Counted from the first letter of the stretch, positions 17,175 to 25,861 are shown. The stretch is 64,000 nucleotides of DNA from Steroidobacteraceae bacterium (GCA_040400835.1 JBBAPM010000001.1:196300-260299); one strand, 5' to 3'. A program made the numbers and translations. Notes: generated by a model from the letters alone, not told the origin.

Positions 17175-20100
17175 ATGAAGACGATCACGTTCGTGGTGGG
17201 CATCGAGCGCTTCAACGCCGGGGCCTGGGGCGAGGTCGAGCGGCGGCTCGCGGCGGAGGGCGTCGCGGTGCGCCTGCGCCGGTACAACGACGCGCATGTC
17301 GATCGCGGCGACCCCGCGCTGGCGGCGGATCTCGCCGACTCCGACGTGGTCTTCATCAGCCTGATCAACATGCGGCCGCAGGCGGACTGGCTGGCCTCGC
17401 AGCTCGCCGGTTCGCGGGCCATGGCGGTGTTCGCCTACGAGAGCATGCCCGAGGTGATGGCGTTGACGAAGGTCGGCGAGCATCGCTTCAAGGAGAAGAA
17501 GGGCGAGGCCCCGAAGGCCGTCAAGCTGCTGATGCGGCTCGTGACCCGCGGCCGCGACGAGGACGCGCTCTACGCCTACACCAAGCTGGTGAAGGTGGCT
17601 GCGAAGATGCTGCCGCTGATCCCGCACAAGCTCGCGGGCTTCCGCACCTGGCTCGGCGTGAACCTCTACTGGAACCAGCCCGACGCCGCGAACATCACGC
17701 AGATGGTCAAGCTCATCCTGCGCGACAACTGCGGTTCTCCGGGTCTCGAGGTGGCGCCGGTGGCCGTGATCCCGACCATGGGCTGCTTCGATCCCGCGAG
17801 CGGCGAACTCTTCGCCGACTGCGGCGCCTATCTGAAGTGGGCGGCGAAGCAGGGCCGCTACCGCAAGGGTCAGCCGCTGGTCGCGTTGCTCGGCATGCGC
17901 AAGCACGTGATCCAGCGTCTCGATTACCTCCGTCAGCTCGCCGCCGGCATCGAGTCGCGCGGCATGGCGGTGCTGCCGGTGTTCGTGTCGGGCATCGAGG
18001 CGCATGTCGCGGTGCGCGAGTGGCTCGCCGACCAGCCGATCGACGCCTTCGTCTCGACCATGGGCTTCTCGATCGTCGGCGGACCGGCGTCCTCGACCAA
18101 GCCCGGCCACTACCACGAGACCGCGGCGGACCTGCTCGGCAAGCTCGACGTGCCGTATCTCGTCGCGCAGCCGTTGTTGATGCAGGAGGAGCACGAGTGG
18201 CACGCCCGCGGCGCGCACTCGATGCAGTCGGTGGTGATGTACGACCTGCCGGAGATGGACGGGGTGGCGAGCGCGATGGCGCTCGGCGCGATCCGTGACG
18301 GCGAGCTCGTGACGGCGCCCGACCGCGTCGCACGTGCGCTCGACCAGATCGAGGGCTGGATCCGGCTGCGGCGCACGCCCGCCGCGCAGAAGCGTGTGGC
18401 CATCGTGCTCTACAACTTCCCGCCGGGGCTCGGCAAGGCGGGCACCGCCGCGCTGCTCGATGTGCCGGCGTCGGTCACGGCGCTCCTCAAGCGCCTGCGC
18501 AGCGAGGGCTACGCCATCGGCCGCGCGCCGACGGAGGTCGCGGAGTTCAACGAGCGGGTCGGAGCGCTGGAGCGCGGCGAGGGCGGCCGTAGCGTCGCAG
18601 TGAGCGACTTCCGCCGCTGGCTCTCGGGCGGCGGCGCGGCCGAGCGCATCGAGCGCTACTGGGGTCAGGCCCCCGGCGACATCGCGCCGGCGGGCCGCGA
18701 GGCGATCCGCATCGATGCGCTCGAGTGCGGCAACGTCGCCATCGGTCTGCAGCCCCCGATGGGCGTGCCCGGCGACCCGATGCGGCTGCTGTTCGAGAAG
18801 ACCTTCACGCCGCACCACCAGTTCGCGGCGTTCTACGCCTGGCTCAAGCACGGGTTCAAGGCCGATGCGATCATCCATGTCGGCATGCACGGCACGGCGG
18901 AGTGGATGCCGGGTCTGCAGACCGCGTTGACCGGGGACTGCTGGCCCGACCAGCTGCTCGGGACGCTCCCGCATCTCTATCTCTACCCGCTCAACAACCC
19001 GGCCGAGGCCGCGGTGGCGCGACGGCGCGGTTACGCCACCATCATCAGCCACGCCATCCCGCCTTACGCGCGTGCCGGCCTCTACAAGCAGCTCGCGCAG
19101 GCGCGGGCGCGGCTCGACGATCCGACGGACACGCTCGAGGGTGCGTTGCCCGAACTCGCGCGCGCCGCCGACGAGTCGACGCCGGCGTTCCGTGCGCGCG
19201 TGGCGGACTGGCTCGACGGGATCGAGCAGCGGCTCATCGTCGACGGACAGCATGTCTTCGGCACGGCACCTGATCGGCAGCGCTCGCGCGCCCTCGTCGA
19301 GGCGACCCTCGAGGTACCGCGCGGCGGTGCGCCGGGGCTCGGCGCGCTGATGACGCAGGCCGGTGTCGATGCCGGTGTGCAGCGCACGCTGCGTGATGCC
19401 CTCGTCGAGCGCAGCGTCTTCGGGCGCGAGGACGCGGCCCGCGTCTGGACCGGCCTCGTCGACGGCGCCGCCGCCGCGCCCGCAGCGCTCGCGGCGATGG
19501 TGGCCGAAGGACGCGGCGTGCTCGGCGGCATGGCGCGCTGCGGCGAGGAGCTCGATGCCGTCGTGCACGCGCTCGAAGGCGGCTATATCCGTCCGGCCTA
19601 CGGTGCCGATCCGGTGCGCGCCGGCGCCGCCGCGCTGCCGAGCGGCCGCAACATCCACGGCGTCGATCCATGGCGGCTGCCCACCGACCTCGCGCTCGAG
19701 CGCGGGCGCCGCACGGCCGCTTTGCTGCTCGAGCGGCATCGCGCCGCGCACGACGGCGCGTGGCCGCGCACCGTGGCGCAGGCGCTATGGGCGATGGACA
19801 CCATAAAGACCGAGGGCGAAGGCCTCGGTGTGGTGCTGGCGCTGGTCGGCGCGGAACCCGAGCGCGACGGGCAGGGCAAGATCTTCCGCTTCGGTCTCAT
19901 CCCGCTCGAGCGGCTCGGCCGGCCGCGCATCGACGTGCTGCTCGACGTGTCGGCGGTGTTCCGCGACACCTTCCAGATGAGCCTCGACCTGCTCGATGAC
20001 CTGTTCCGCAGGGCGGCGCTCGCCGATGAGCCGGCCGACGTCAACTTCCTGCGCGCCAATACGGATGCGCTGCGCGCCGCCGGCCGCAGCGTGGAGGAGG

Positions 20101-20828
20101 CGACCGCACGGATCTTCACGCAGGCGCCAGGGCTCTACGGCACCGGTGTCGACGAACTCGTCGAGGAGAACCAGTGGGAGGGGACGGCGCAGCTCGCCGA
20201 TACCTACGAGCGGCGTAACGCCCATACCGCGGGCGGCGCACGCGGCGGTGCGGCGGCGCCCGAGGTGCTGCGCGGTCTGCTCGGCACCGTCGATCATGTG
20301 TTCCAGGCCATCGACTCCGTCGAGTACGGACTCACCGACATGTCGCATTACTACGGGCACAGCGGTGCCCTGCAGGTCGCGGCGACACGCGCCCGCGGCG
20401 CCCGTGTCGATCTCAGCTATGCCGAATCGGCGGCCGGCGAGCCGCGGCTGAACGGCGCGGATGAGATGCTGCGCATCGAGGCGCGCGCCAAGCTGCTGAA
20501 CCCGAAGTGGTACGAGGCGATGCTGGCGCACGGCCATGGCGGTGCAGCCGAGATCGGCAACCGCTTCACCCACCTCGTCGGGTGGGGCGCGCTGGGTTCG
20601 CTCGATGCGTGGGTCTACGAGGACGCCGCGCAGACCTTCGTGCTCGACGACTCGATGCGGCGGCGGCTCGAGGCCGCCAATCCGCAGGCGGCGCGGAACG
20701 CCATCGGCCGGTTGATCGAGGCGCACGGACGCGGCATGTGGCAGGCCGACACGGCGACGTTGGAGCGTCTGCAGGGCCTCTACGCCGACATCGAGGACCG
20801 TCTGGAGGGGGTGGGGGCGGCGGCCTGA
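17175..20828 (+). CDS. bchH: class I chelatase large (H) subunit, BchH/ChlH-like (CobN/Mg-chelatase family)
   Basis: ORF 17130..20828. I prefer the ATG at 17175 (MKTITFVVG); GTG 17130 is also possible. The conserved block GDPMRLLFEKTFTPHHQFAAFYAWLKHGFKADAIIHVGMHGTAEWMPG, together with LGMRKHVIQRLDYLRQLAAGIESRGMAVLPVF, resembles BchH rather than CobN from my memory of both families. The product is about 1217 aa. Confidence 0.8.
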   Translation: MKTITFVVGIERFNAGAWGEVERRLAAEGVAVRLRRYNDAHVDRGDPALAADLADSDVVFISLINMRPQADWLASQLAGSRAMAVFAYESMPEVMALTKVGEHRFKEKKGEAPKAVKLLMRLVTRGRDEDALYAYTKLVKVAAKMLPLIPHKLAGFRTWLGVNLYWNQPDAANITQMVKLILRDNCGSPGLEVAPVAVIPTMGCFDPASGELFADCGAYLKWAAKQGRYRKGQPLVALLGMRKHVIQRLDYLRQLAAGIESRGMAVLPVFVSGIEAHVAVREWLADQPIDAFVSTMGFSIVGGPASSTKPGHYHETAADLLGKLDVPYLVAQPLLMQEEHEWHARGAHSMQSVVMYDLPEMDGVASAMALGAIRDGELVTAPDRVARALDQIEGWIRLRRTPAAQKRVAIVLYNFPPGLGKAGTAALLDVPASVTALLKRLRSEGYAIGRAPTEVAEFNERVGALERGEGGRSVAVSDFRRWLSGGGAAERIERYWGQAPGDIAPAGREAIRIDALECGNVAIGLQPPMGVPGDPMRLLFEKTFTPHHQFAAFYAWLKHGFKADAIIHVGMHGTAEWMPGLQTALTGDCWPDQLLGTLPHLYLYPLNNPAEAAVARRRGYATIISHAIPPYARAGLYKQLAQARARLDDPTDTLEGALPELARAADESTPAFRARVADWLDGIEQRLIVDGQHVFGTAPDRQRSRALVEATLEVPRGGAPGLGALMTQAGVDAGVQRTLRDALVERSVFGREDAARVWTGLVDGAAAAPAALAAMVAEGRGVLGGMARCGEELDAVVHALEGGYIRPAYGADPVRAGAAALPSGRNIHGVDPWRLPTDLALERGRRTAALLLERHRAAHDGAWPRTVAQALWAMDTIKTEGEGLGVVLALVGAEPERDGQGKIFRFGLIPLERLGRPRIDVLLDVSAVFRDTFQMSLDLLDDLFRRAALADEPADVNFLRANTDALRAAGRSVEEATARIFTQAPGLYGTGVDELVEENQWEGTAQLADTYERRNAHTAGGARGGAAAPEVLRGLLGTVDHVFQAIDSVEYGLTDMSHYYGHSGALQVAATRARGARVDLSYAESAAGEPRLNGADEMLRIEARAKLLNPKWYEAMLAHGHGGAAEIGNRFTHLVGWGALGSLDAWVYEDAAQTFVLDDSMRRRLEAANPQAARNAIGRLIEAHGRGMWQADTATLERLQGLYADIEDRLEGVGAAA

Positions 20829-20832
20829 GGGT

Positions 20833-21516
20833 TCAGCGGAACGTCAGCATCGAGCGGCGGTCGGGATGTTCCAGATGCGGCGCCGCGTTGAAGGACAGCA
20901 GGCTGGTGCGCGCGCCGTCGAACTGGATGCGCGTCACCGAAGAATTGTGGACCGACCAGGAGAGCTTGATCGCTTCCCGGGGCGCGAGTCCGAGGAGGGC
21001 GCCGACGGCGGCCCCGATCACGCCTGCCGAAGTGCTGACATAGACGCGCCGTGAGCGGCCCTCGCGGGCCATGAGGTCGCGGAGGCCCTCGGCCACGCGG
21101 CCGCTGAACCGCTCCCACGGCTCGACGCCCGGCGCCTGCAGAGCGCCGTCCGCCCACAGGGCGCCGACCTCCTCGAGCCGCCGTTGGAAGGCGCGAGGGT
21201 CGATCGGGGTGTCGCCGCCGGGTTCCGGCAGCGTGATGCCCGTGCGCGCCGCGTGGGCCCGGATGAGCGATCCGGCGCTGTATTCGTCGAAGGCGGGCAG
21301 GGTGGTGATGGCCTCTTCGTCGCCGCCCGCGAGGATGCGGGCGGTGTGCTGCTGGCGCTTCAGCGAGCCGCTGTAGATGGCGTGCGGCGTGTCCTCGAGC
21401 GCGCCCAGATGGTCGCGCAGCAGCTCCACCTGACGCACGCCGAGCGCGGAGAGGCGGTCGTAGTCATGGGTGCCGAAGGACGCCTGTCCGTGGCGTACGA
21501 GGTAGAGGGTGCTCAT
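20833..21516 (-). CDS. histidine phosphatase (phosphoglycerate mutase-like) family protein
   Basis: ORF 20833..21780 trimmed to the ATG at 21516. MSTLYLVRHGQASFG carries the RHG catalytic motif. The product is 227 aa. It converges on bchH with 4 nt between the stops. Confidence 0.8.
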   Translation of the reverse strand: MSTLYLVRHGQASFGTHDYDRLSALGVRQVELLRDHLGALEDTPHAIYSGSLKRQQHTARILAGGDEEAITTLPAFDEYSAGSLIRAHAARTGITLPEPGGDTPIDPRAFQRRLEEVGALWADGALQAPGVEPWERFSGRVAEGLRDLMAREGRSRRVYVSTSAGVIGAAVGALLGLAPREAIKLSWSVHNSSVTRIQFDGARTSLLSFNAAPHLEHPDRRSMLTFR

Positions 21517-21577
21517 CGGATGCCGATTGTACGCCGCGTTTGAGCGGATGGCGGGCGGCGCGTACCATCGGCGGCCC

Positions 21578-22492
21578 ATGTCCTCCGGCACCGCCGTCAC
21601 GCCGAGACCCTCCTGGTGGGTGCGCCTGCTCGCCGCGCTGCCGTTGCCGGCGCTGCATGCGCTCGGCCGCGCCTTCGCTTTCCTCGCGTACCGGGTGTTC
21701 CCGTACCGTCCCAAGGTGGTGCGCGAGAACCTCTCGCTCGCCTTCCCCGGGCTCGACGAAGCGGGGCTGCGTGCGCTCACCCGCGACTACTACCGCGGTT
21801 ATGGCGATGTGATGGTGGAGATCGTCAAATCCGCCGCGATCGAGCCCGCGGAGCTCGTGCGCCGGATGCGCTTCACGAACCTGCCCGAGCTGCGCGCGCC
21901 CCTCGAGACGGGGACGCCGGTGGTGCTCACCGCGGCCCACCAGTGCAACTGGGAGTGGATCCTGCTCGCGCTCTCCCTGCAGCTCGGTCATCCGCTCGAT
22001 GCCGCCTACAAGCCGCTCACCGACGCCTGGGCGGACCGGGAGATGCTGGCGCTGCGCAGCCGCTTCGGCGCACGGATGGTCGCCGCCGACGACATGATGC
22101 GCGACCTCATCGCGCGGCGCCGCCAACCGCGTGTCATCGCCCTGGTGGCCGATCAGGAGCCGGTGGCGAGCGAGCGGCGTCATTGGACGCGCTTCCTCAA
22201 CCGTGACACCGCGTTCTTCATGGGCCCCGAGGTCATCGCGCGGACGCTGCGGCATCCGGTGTTCTTCGTCGCCATCAAGCGTACGGGCCGCGGCTTCTAC
22301 GAGGTGTCCTTCGAACCGTTGTGGATGCCCGGCGACGACTCGCCGCCCGGCATCACGGAGCGTTTCGCGCGGCGTGTCGAGCGGCAGATCCATGAGGGGC
22401 CGGCGGATTGGCCGTGGTCGCACAAGCGCTGGCGTCTTGCGCCGCCCGTCCTTGAGGGCGGGGCGACGATGCCGGAGAATCCCCCGTCATGA
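21578..22492 (+). CDS. lipid A biosynthesis (LpxL/HtrB/MsbB-type) acyltransferase family protein
   Basis: ORF 21509..22492. Start chosen at the ATG at 21578; the ATG at 21548 is also possible. It has the N-terminal hydrophobic stretch WWVRLLAALPLPALHALG and the HX4(D/E) motif HQCNWE. The length and layout fit the LPLAT/LpxL family. Confidence 0.75.
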   Translation: MSSGTAVTPRPSWWVRLLAALPLPALHALGRAFAFLAYRVFPYRPKVVRENLSLAFPGLDEAGLRALTRDYYRGYGDVMVEIVKSAAIEPAELVRRMRFTNLPELRAPLETGTPVVLTAAHQCNWEWILLALSLQLGHPLDAAYKPLTDAWADREMLALRSRFGARMVAADDMMRDLIARRRQPRVIALVADQEPVASERRHWTRFLNRDTAFFMGPEVIARTLRHPVFFVAIKRTGRGFYEVSFEPLWMPGDDSPPGITERFARRVERQIHEGPADWPWSHKRWRLAPPVLEGGATMPENPPS

Positions 22493-23202
22493 ACGCAGCG
22501 CCCGAAGTCTCGGTGGTGATCCCCGTCTGCAACGAGGAGGAGAACGTCGCCCCGCTCGCGCGCGAGATCGTCGCGGCGTTGGACGGCAGCACCTTCGAGG
22601 TCATCTTCATCGATGACGGCAGCACCGACGGCACCGCCGCCGCGCTGCGCGCCCTGCAGGGCGACATCCCGCAGCTGCGCGTGCTGACCCATTCTTTCCG
22701 CGCCGGACAGAGCGCGGCCGTCTGCACCGGTGTGCGTCACGCCCGCGCGGGGTGGATCGCCACGCTCGACGGCGACGGCCAGAACGATCCGGCCGACATC
22801 CCGGCGCTGCTCGCGGAGCGCGGCAAGGCGGAGCTCGTGATGGGCAACCGGGTGCAGCGGCGCGACACCTGGCTGCGTCACGCCCAATCGCGGGTGGCGA
22901 ACGGCGTCCGCGGCTGGCTGCTCGGCGACGGCACGCCGGACACCGGCTGCGGCATCAAGGTCATGCACCGCGAGACCTTCATGGACCTGCCGCGTTTCGA
23001 CCACATGCACCGTTTCCTGCCGGCGCTGTTCCTGCGCGCCGGCAAGCGCGTGGTGTCGGTGCCGGTGAAGCATCGCCCGCGCGAGCGCGGCACCTCCAAA
23101 TACGGCCTGTTCGACAGGCTCTGGGTCGGCATCGTCGACATCTTCGGCGTGATGTGGCTGCGACGCCGCTTCAAGCCGGGCCTGACCGCCCGCGAACTCT
23201 GA
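22489..23202 (+). CDS. GT2 polyprenyl-phosphate glycosyltransferase (ArnC/DPM1-like)
   Basis: 237-aa ORF. VSVVIPVCNEEENV...VIFIDDGSTDGT...LDGDGQNDP carries the DxD motif. The ATG overlaps the upstream stop (ATGA 22489..22492). Confidence 0.85.
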   Translation: MNAAPEVSVVIPVCNEEENVAPLAREIVAALDGSTFEVIFIDDGSTDGTAAALRALQGDIPQLRVLTHSFRAGQSAAVCTGVRHARAGWIATLDGDGQNDPADIPALLAERGKAELVMGNRVQRRDTWLRHAQSRVANGVRGWLLGDGTPDTGCGIKVMHRETFMDLPRFDHMHRFLPALFLRAGKRVVSVPVKHRPRERGTSKYGLFDRLWVGIVDIFGVMWLRRRFKPGLTAREL

Positions 23203-23219
23203 AACCCCGGAGGGGACTT

Positions 23220-23501
23220 ATGGACAACGGCGAAACGCTCGCCTGGATCGTCGTCGGATTCACGGGCCAGGCGCTGTTCTCGGCGCGGTTCATCGTCCAA
23301 TGGTTGGCGAGCGAGCGCGTGAAGCGCAGCATCGTGCCGCGGGCGTTCTGGTACTTCAGCCTCGCGGGCGGGGCGACGTTGCTCGCCTACGCCATCCACA
23401 AGCGCGACCCGGTGTTCATCGCCGGTCAGGGGCTCGGCCTCTTCGTCTATCTGCGCAACCTCTATCTCATCCACAGCGGCCGTCAGCAGGTCGACGGGTG
23501 A
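23220..23501 (+). CDS. small membrane protein with lipid-A-disaccharide synthase N-terminal (LAB_N) domain
   Basis: This is the tail of ORF 22752..23501, starting at the ATG at 23220 with SD GGAGGGGA. MDNGETLAWIVVGFTGQALFSARFIVQWLASERVKRSIVPRAFWYFSLAGG matches the LAB_N pattern I recall. The product is 93 aa. Confidence 0.7.
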   Translation: MDNGETLAWIVVGFTGQALFSARFIVQWLASERVKRSIVPRAFWYFSLAGGATLLAYAIHKRDPVFIAGQGLGLFVYLRNLYLIHSGRQQVDG

Positions 23502-25207
23502 AGCCCGACCTGCAGGTCCGCCCGACCGATCCCGTCTGGATCGGTCTTGCGTTCCTGGTGCTCATCTTCGCAGGCTTCGGCCTGCGTGATCCCTGGCCCG
23601 CTGACGAGCCGCGGTTCGCGGGCGTCGCCTTCGATATGGTCCGGAGCGGATACTGGCTGATCCCGCACGCGGGCGGCGATCTCTACCAGGACAAGCCGCC
23701 GCTGCATTTCTGGATGATCGCGGCGAGTTATGTGCTCACGGGGTCGACCCGCGCCGCGTTCCTGCTGCCTTCGATGCTCGCATCGCTCGGCACGCTGCTG
23801 CTGGTCTACGACCTCGGCCGTCGTCTGCACGGTCGCGAGGCGGGGCTCGCGGCTGCGCTCACGCTCGCCTGCTGCGTGCAGTTCGTGCAGGTCACGCGCG
23901 GTGCGCAGATCGACGCGACCTTGATCTTCTTCATCACGCTGTCGGTCTGGGCGTTGGCGCGGCATCTGCTGCTGGGTCCGCATCTGGGTCTCGCCTTGCT
24001 GGGGGGCGTCGCCGCAGGGCTGGGCGTCATCGACAAAGCGGTCGGATTCCTCGCGCTGCTGCTGCTGCCCATCGCGTGGCTGTTGCGGCGGCGCGATGCG
24101 ACCGCGGTCGCGTCGGGGGCGCTGCGACCGGCGGCGGTGTTGACCGTGCTCGCGGGCCTCTTGGTCGTCATCGCGGCGTGGCTCCTGCCCATGCTGTGGC
24201 ATGTGCAGCAGGTGGGCACGCCCGAACTCGCGGCCTATCGTGACGAACTGCTGTTCCAGCAGACCGTGAAGCGCTACACGGATGCGTGGCACCACATCAG
24301 ACCGCCGTACTACTACCTCGTCGAGGTGATCCCGGCGTTGTGGCTGCCGCTGAGCGCGCTGCTGTTCTGGCTGTGGCGGCCCTGGCGCGATGATTGGCGC
24401 GCCCACCGGGCCGCGACGTTGCTGCCGCTCGTGTTCGCGGTCGCCGTGGTGCTCTTCTTCTCGCTGAGCACCGGCAAGCGCGGCGTCTATGTCCTGCCGG
24501 CGTTGCCGGCCTTGGCGGTCGCCGCCGCGCCGCATCTGGTGGCGCTGTACCGGCGCATCGGCGTCGGGCGCTTGTCGCTCGGCCTGGGGGCCGTGCTGCT
24601 CATCCCGGCCTGGGCCATCGTGGTCGGGTCGGTGCTGGGTCTGCCGAAAGCGTCCGCGCTGCTCGATGACACCCCGTTGGATTCGCTCGTGCCGCTCTGG
24701 GCCTACGCCATCGTCGGCCTCGCGGTTTGGCTGCTCGCCGCCCGCCTGCGACCGGTCTTCGCATGGCCTGCGGTGCTCGGCTGCCTGACGCTCGCGTGGG
24801 GCTTAGGGGTCGCGCCGCAACTGAACGCCGAGCGCTCCGCGTCAGGCTTCGTCGCGCAGATGCTCGAGCGGGCGCCGCGCGACCGGGATCTCGGCCTGCT
24901 CGCCTACAAGGAGCAGTTCCTCCTCTACCTCGACCGTGAGGTCGTGAACTTCGGCCATGCGCGGTGGCGCGAGGGCCCTGCGGAGGCGCATGACGCGTCC
25001 GCTTGGATCGCGCAGGACCCGCGACGGGTGCTGTTGGTCCCCGGTTCGCGGTTGGCGCCGTGCTTCGAGGCGATGGACCGCCGTCCCGCCGGCGAAAGCA
25101 GCCGCGAGGTCTGGTGGTTGGTCGAGGGGGTTCCGGACGCGGCTTGCGTCCGGCAGGGGAACCCGGGGCGCGCGATCCGATATCAGGGACCGCGCGCCCC
25201 GCGTTGA
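23498..25207 (+). CDS. ArnT-like / PMT_2 (GT39/GT83-type) polyprenyl-phosphate-sugar dependent glycosyltransferase
   Basis: ORF 23300..25207 trimmed to the GTG at 23498, which overlaps the upstream stop (GTGA). Polytopic membrane protein. The N-terminal loop DEPRFAGVAFDMVRSGYWLIPHAGGDLYQDKPPLHFWMIA resembles the ArnT/PMT catalytic loop. Confidence 0.78.
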   Translation: MKPDLQVRPTDPVWIGLAFLVLIFAGFGLRDPWPADEPRFAGVAFDMVRSGYWLIPHAGGDLYQDKPPLHFWMIAASYVLTGSTRAAFLLPSMLASLGTLLLVYDLGRRLHGREAGLAAALTLACCVQFVQVTRGAQIDATLIFFITLSVWALARHLLLGPHLGLALLGGVAAGLGVIDKAVGFLALLLLPIAWLLRRRDATAVASGALRPAAVLTVLAGLLVVIAAWLLPMLWHVQQVGTPELAAYRDELLFQQTVKRYTDAWHHIRPPYYYLVEVIPALWLPLSALLFWLWRPWRDDWRAHRAATLLPLVFAVAVVLFFSLSTGKRGVYVLPALPALAVAAAPHLVALYRRIGVGRLSLGLGAVLLIPAWAIVVGSVLGLPKASALLDDTPLDSLVPLWAYAIVGLAVWLLAARLRPVFAWPAVLGCLTLAWGLGVAPQLNAERSASGFVAQMLERAPRDRDLGLLAYKEQFLLYLDREVVNFGHARWREGPAEAHDASAWIAQDPRRVLLVPGSRLAPCFEAMDRRPAGESSREVWWLVEGVPDAACVRQGNPGRAIRYQGPRAPR

Positions 25208-25219
25208 GTCAACGCCGTC

Positions 25220-25801
25220 TCAGAGCGGCAGGCCGTGCGCCGAACCCATCATGCAGAGCAGCATGGGGAACGAGAGCAGGAAGTTGACGCGCGAGGTGAG
25301 CGTGGCGGTGCGGCGCGCCTTGGCCTTCTCTTCGTCCGTCGCCGGGACCACGCCGATGACCTTCTTCTGGTTCGGCCAGATGATCGCCCAGACGTTGAAC
25401 AGCATGATGGTGCCGAGCCAGGCGCCGATGCCGATCACGACGCTGCCTTCGCGCAGCAGGAACGCGTCGCCGAGGCGGGGTCCGAGCAGCCAGATGCCGG
25501 TCACGAAGGTGGCGAGCGCCGCCCAGCGGAACCACAGCAGCGCGCGCGGCGCGACGTACTTGACGATGCCGGCGCCGCCGGGGCCGCCCTTGTCGGCGTT
25601 GGCGGCGGCGAGCGCCGGGATCTGCGCGACGTTGAAGTAGTAGAGCAGGCCGATCCAGAAGATGCCGGTGACGATGTGCAGCCAACGGCCGAGGCTCATG
25701 TGCGCGAAATAGTCGTTCGGCTGCAGCAGCAGCATCAGGACGACCGAGAACGCGACACCCAGCGTGACGGTGGTGCCGACGCTGTCGAGGGGATTCTTCA
25801 T
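25220..25801 (-). CDS. integral membrane protein, urate-oxidase N-terminal (PuuD-like) domain family; function unknown
   Basis: ORF 25220..25858 trimmed to the ATG at 25801 with SD GGAG 7 nt upstream. About 5 hydrophobic segments. WLHIVTGIFWIGLLYYFNVAQIP and MLFNVWAIIWPNQKK recall the membrane domain of PuuD-type proteins. There is no CxxCH motif. Confidence 0.55.
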   Translation of the reverse strand: MKNPLDSVGTTVTLGVAFSVVLMLLLQPNDYFAHMSLGRWLHIVTGIFWIGLLYYFNVAQIPALAAANADKGGPGGAGIVKYVAPRALLWFRWAALATFVTGIWLLGPRLGDAFLLREGSVVIGIGAWLGTIMLFNVWAIIWPNQKKVIGVVPATDEEKAKARRTATLTSRVNFLLSFPMLLCMMGSAHGLPL

Positions 25802-25832
25802 CTGGGGACTCCGCGGTGTAGTACGACCGGAT

Positions 25833-25861
25833 TTGAAGAATACGGGGCGCACCCCCATAAT
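25833..25861 (+). promoter_or_regulatory. predicted sigma70-type promoter for the DUF1289-grxD operon
   Basis: TTGAAG (25833..25838), a 17 nt spacer, then CATAAT (25856..25861). It lies about 33 nt upstream of the ATG at 25895, with GAGGA in between. Confidence 0.45.

Noticed and set aside
20833-21516. Histidine phosphatase as CobC (alpha-ribazole phosphatase) functionally linked to the chelatase
   Set aside because: Only the generic RHG family motif is visible. The gene is convergent with bchH rather than co-transcribed with it. No other cobalamin genes are present. The link is not supportable from sequence.
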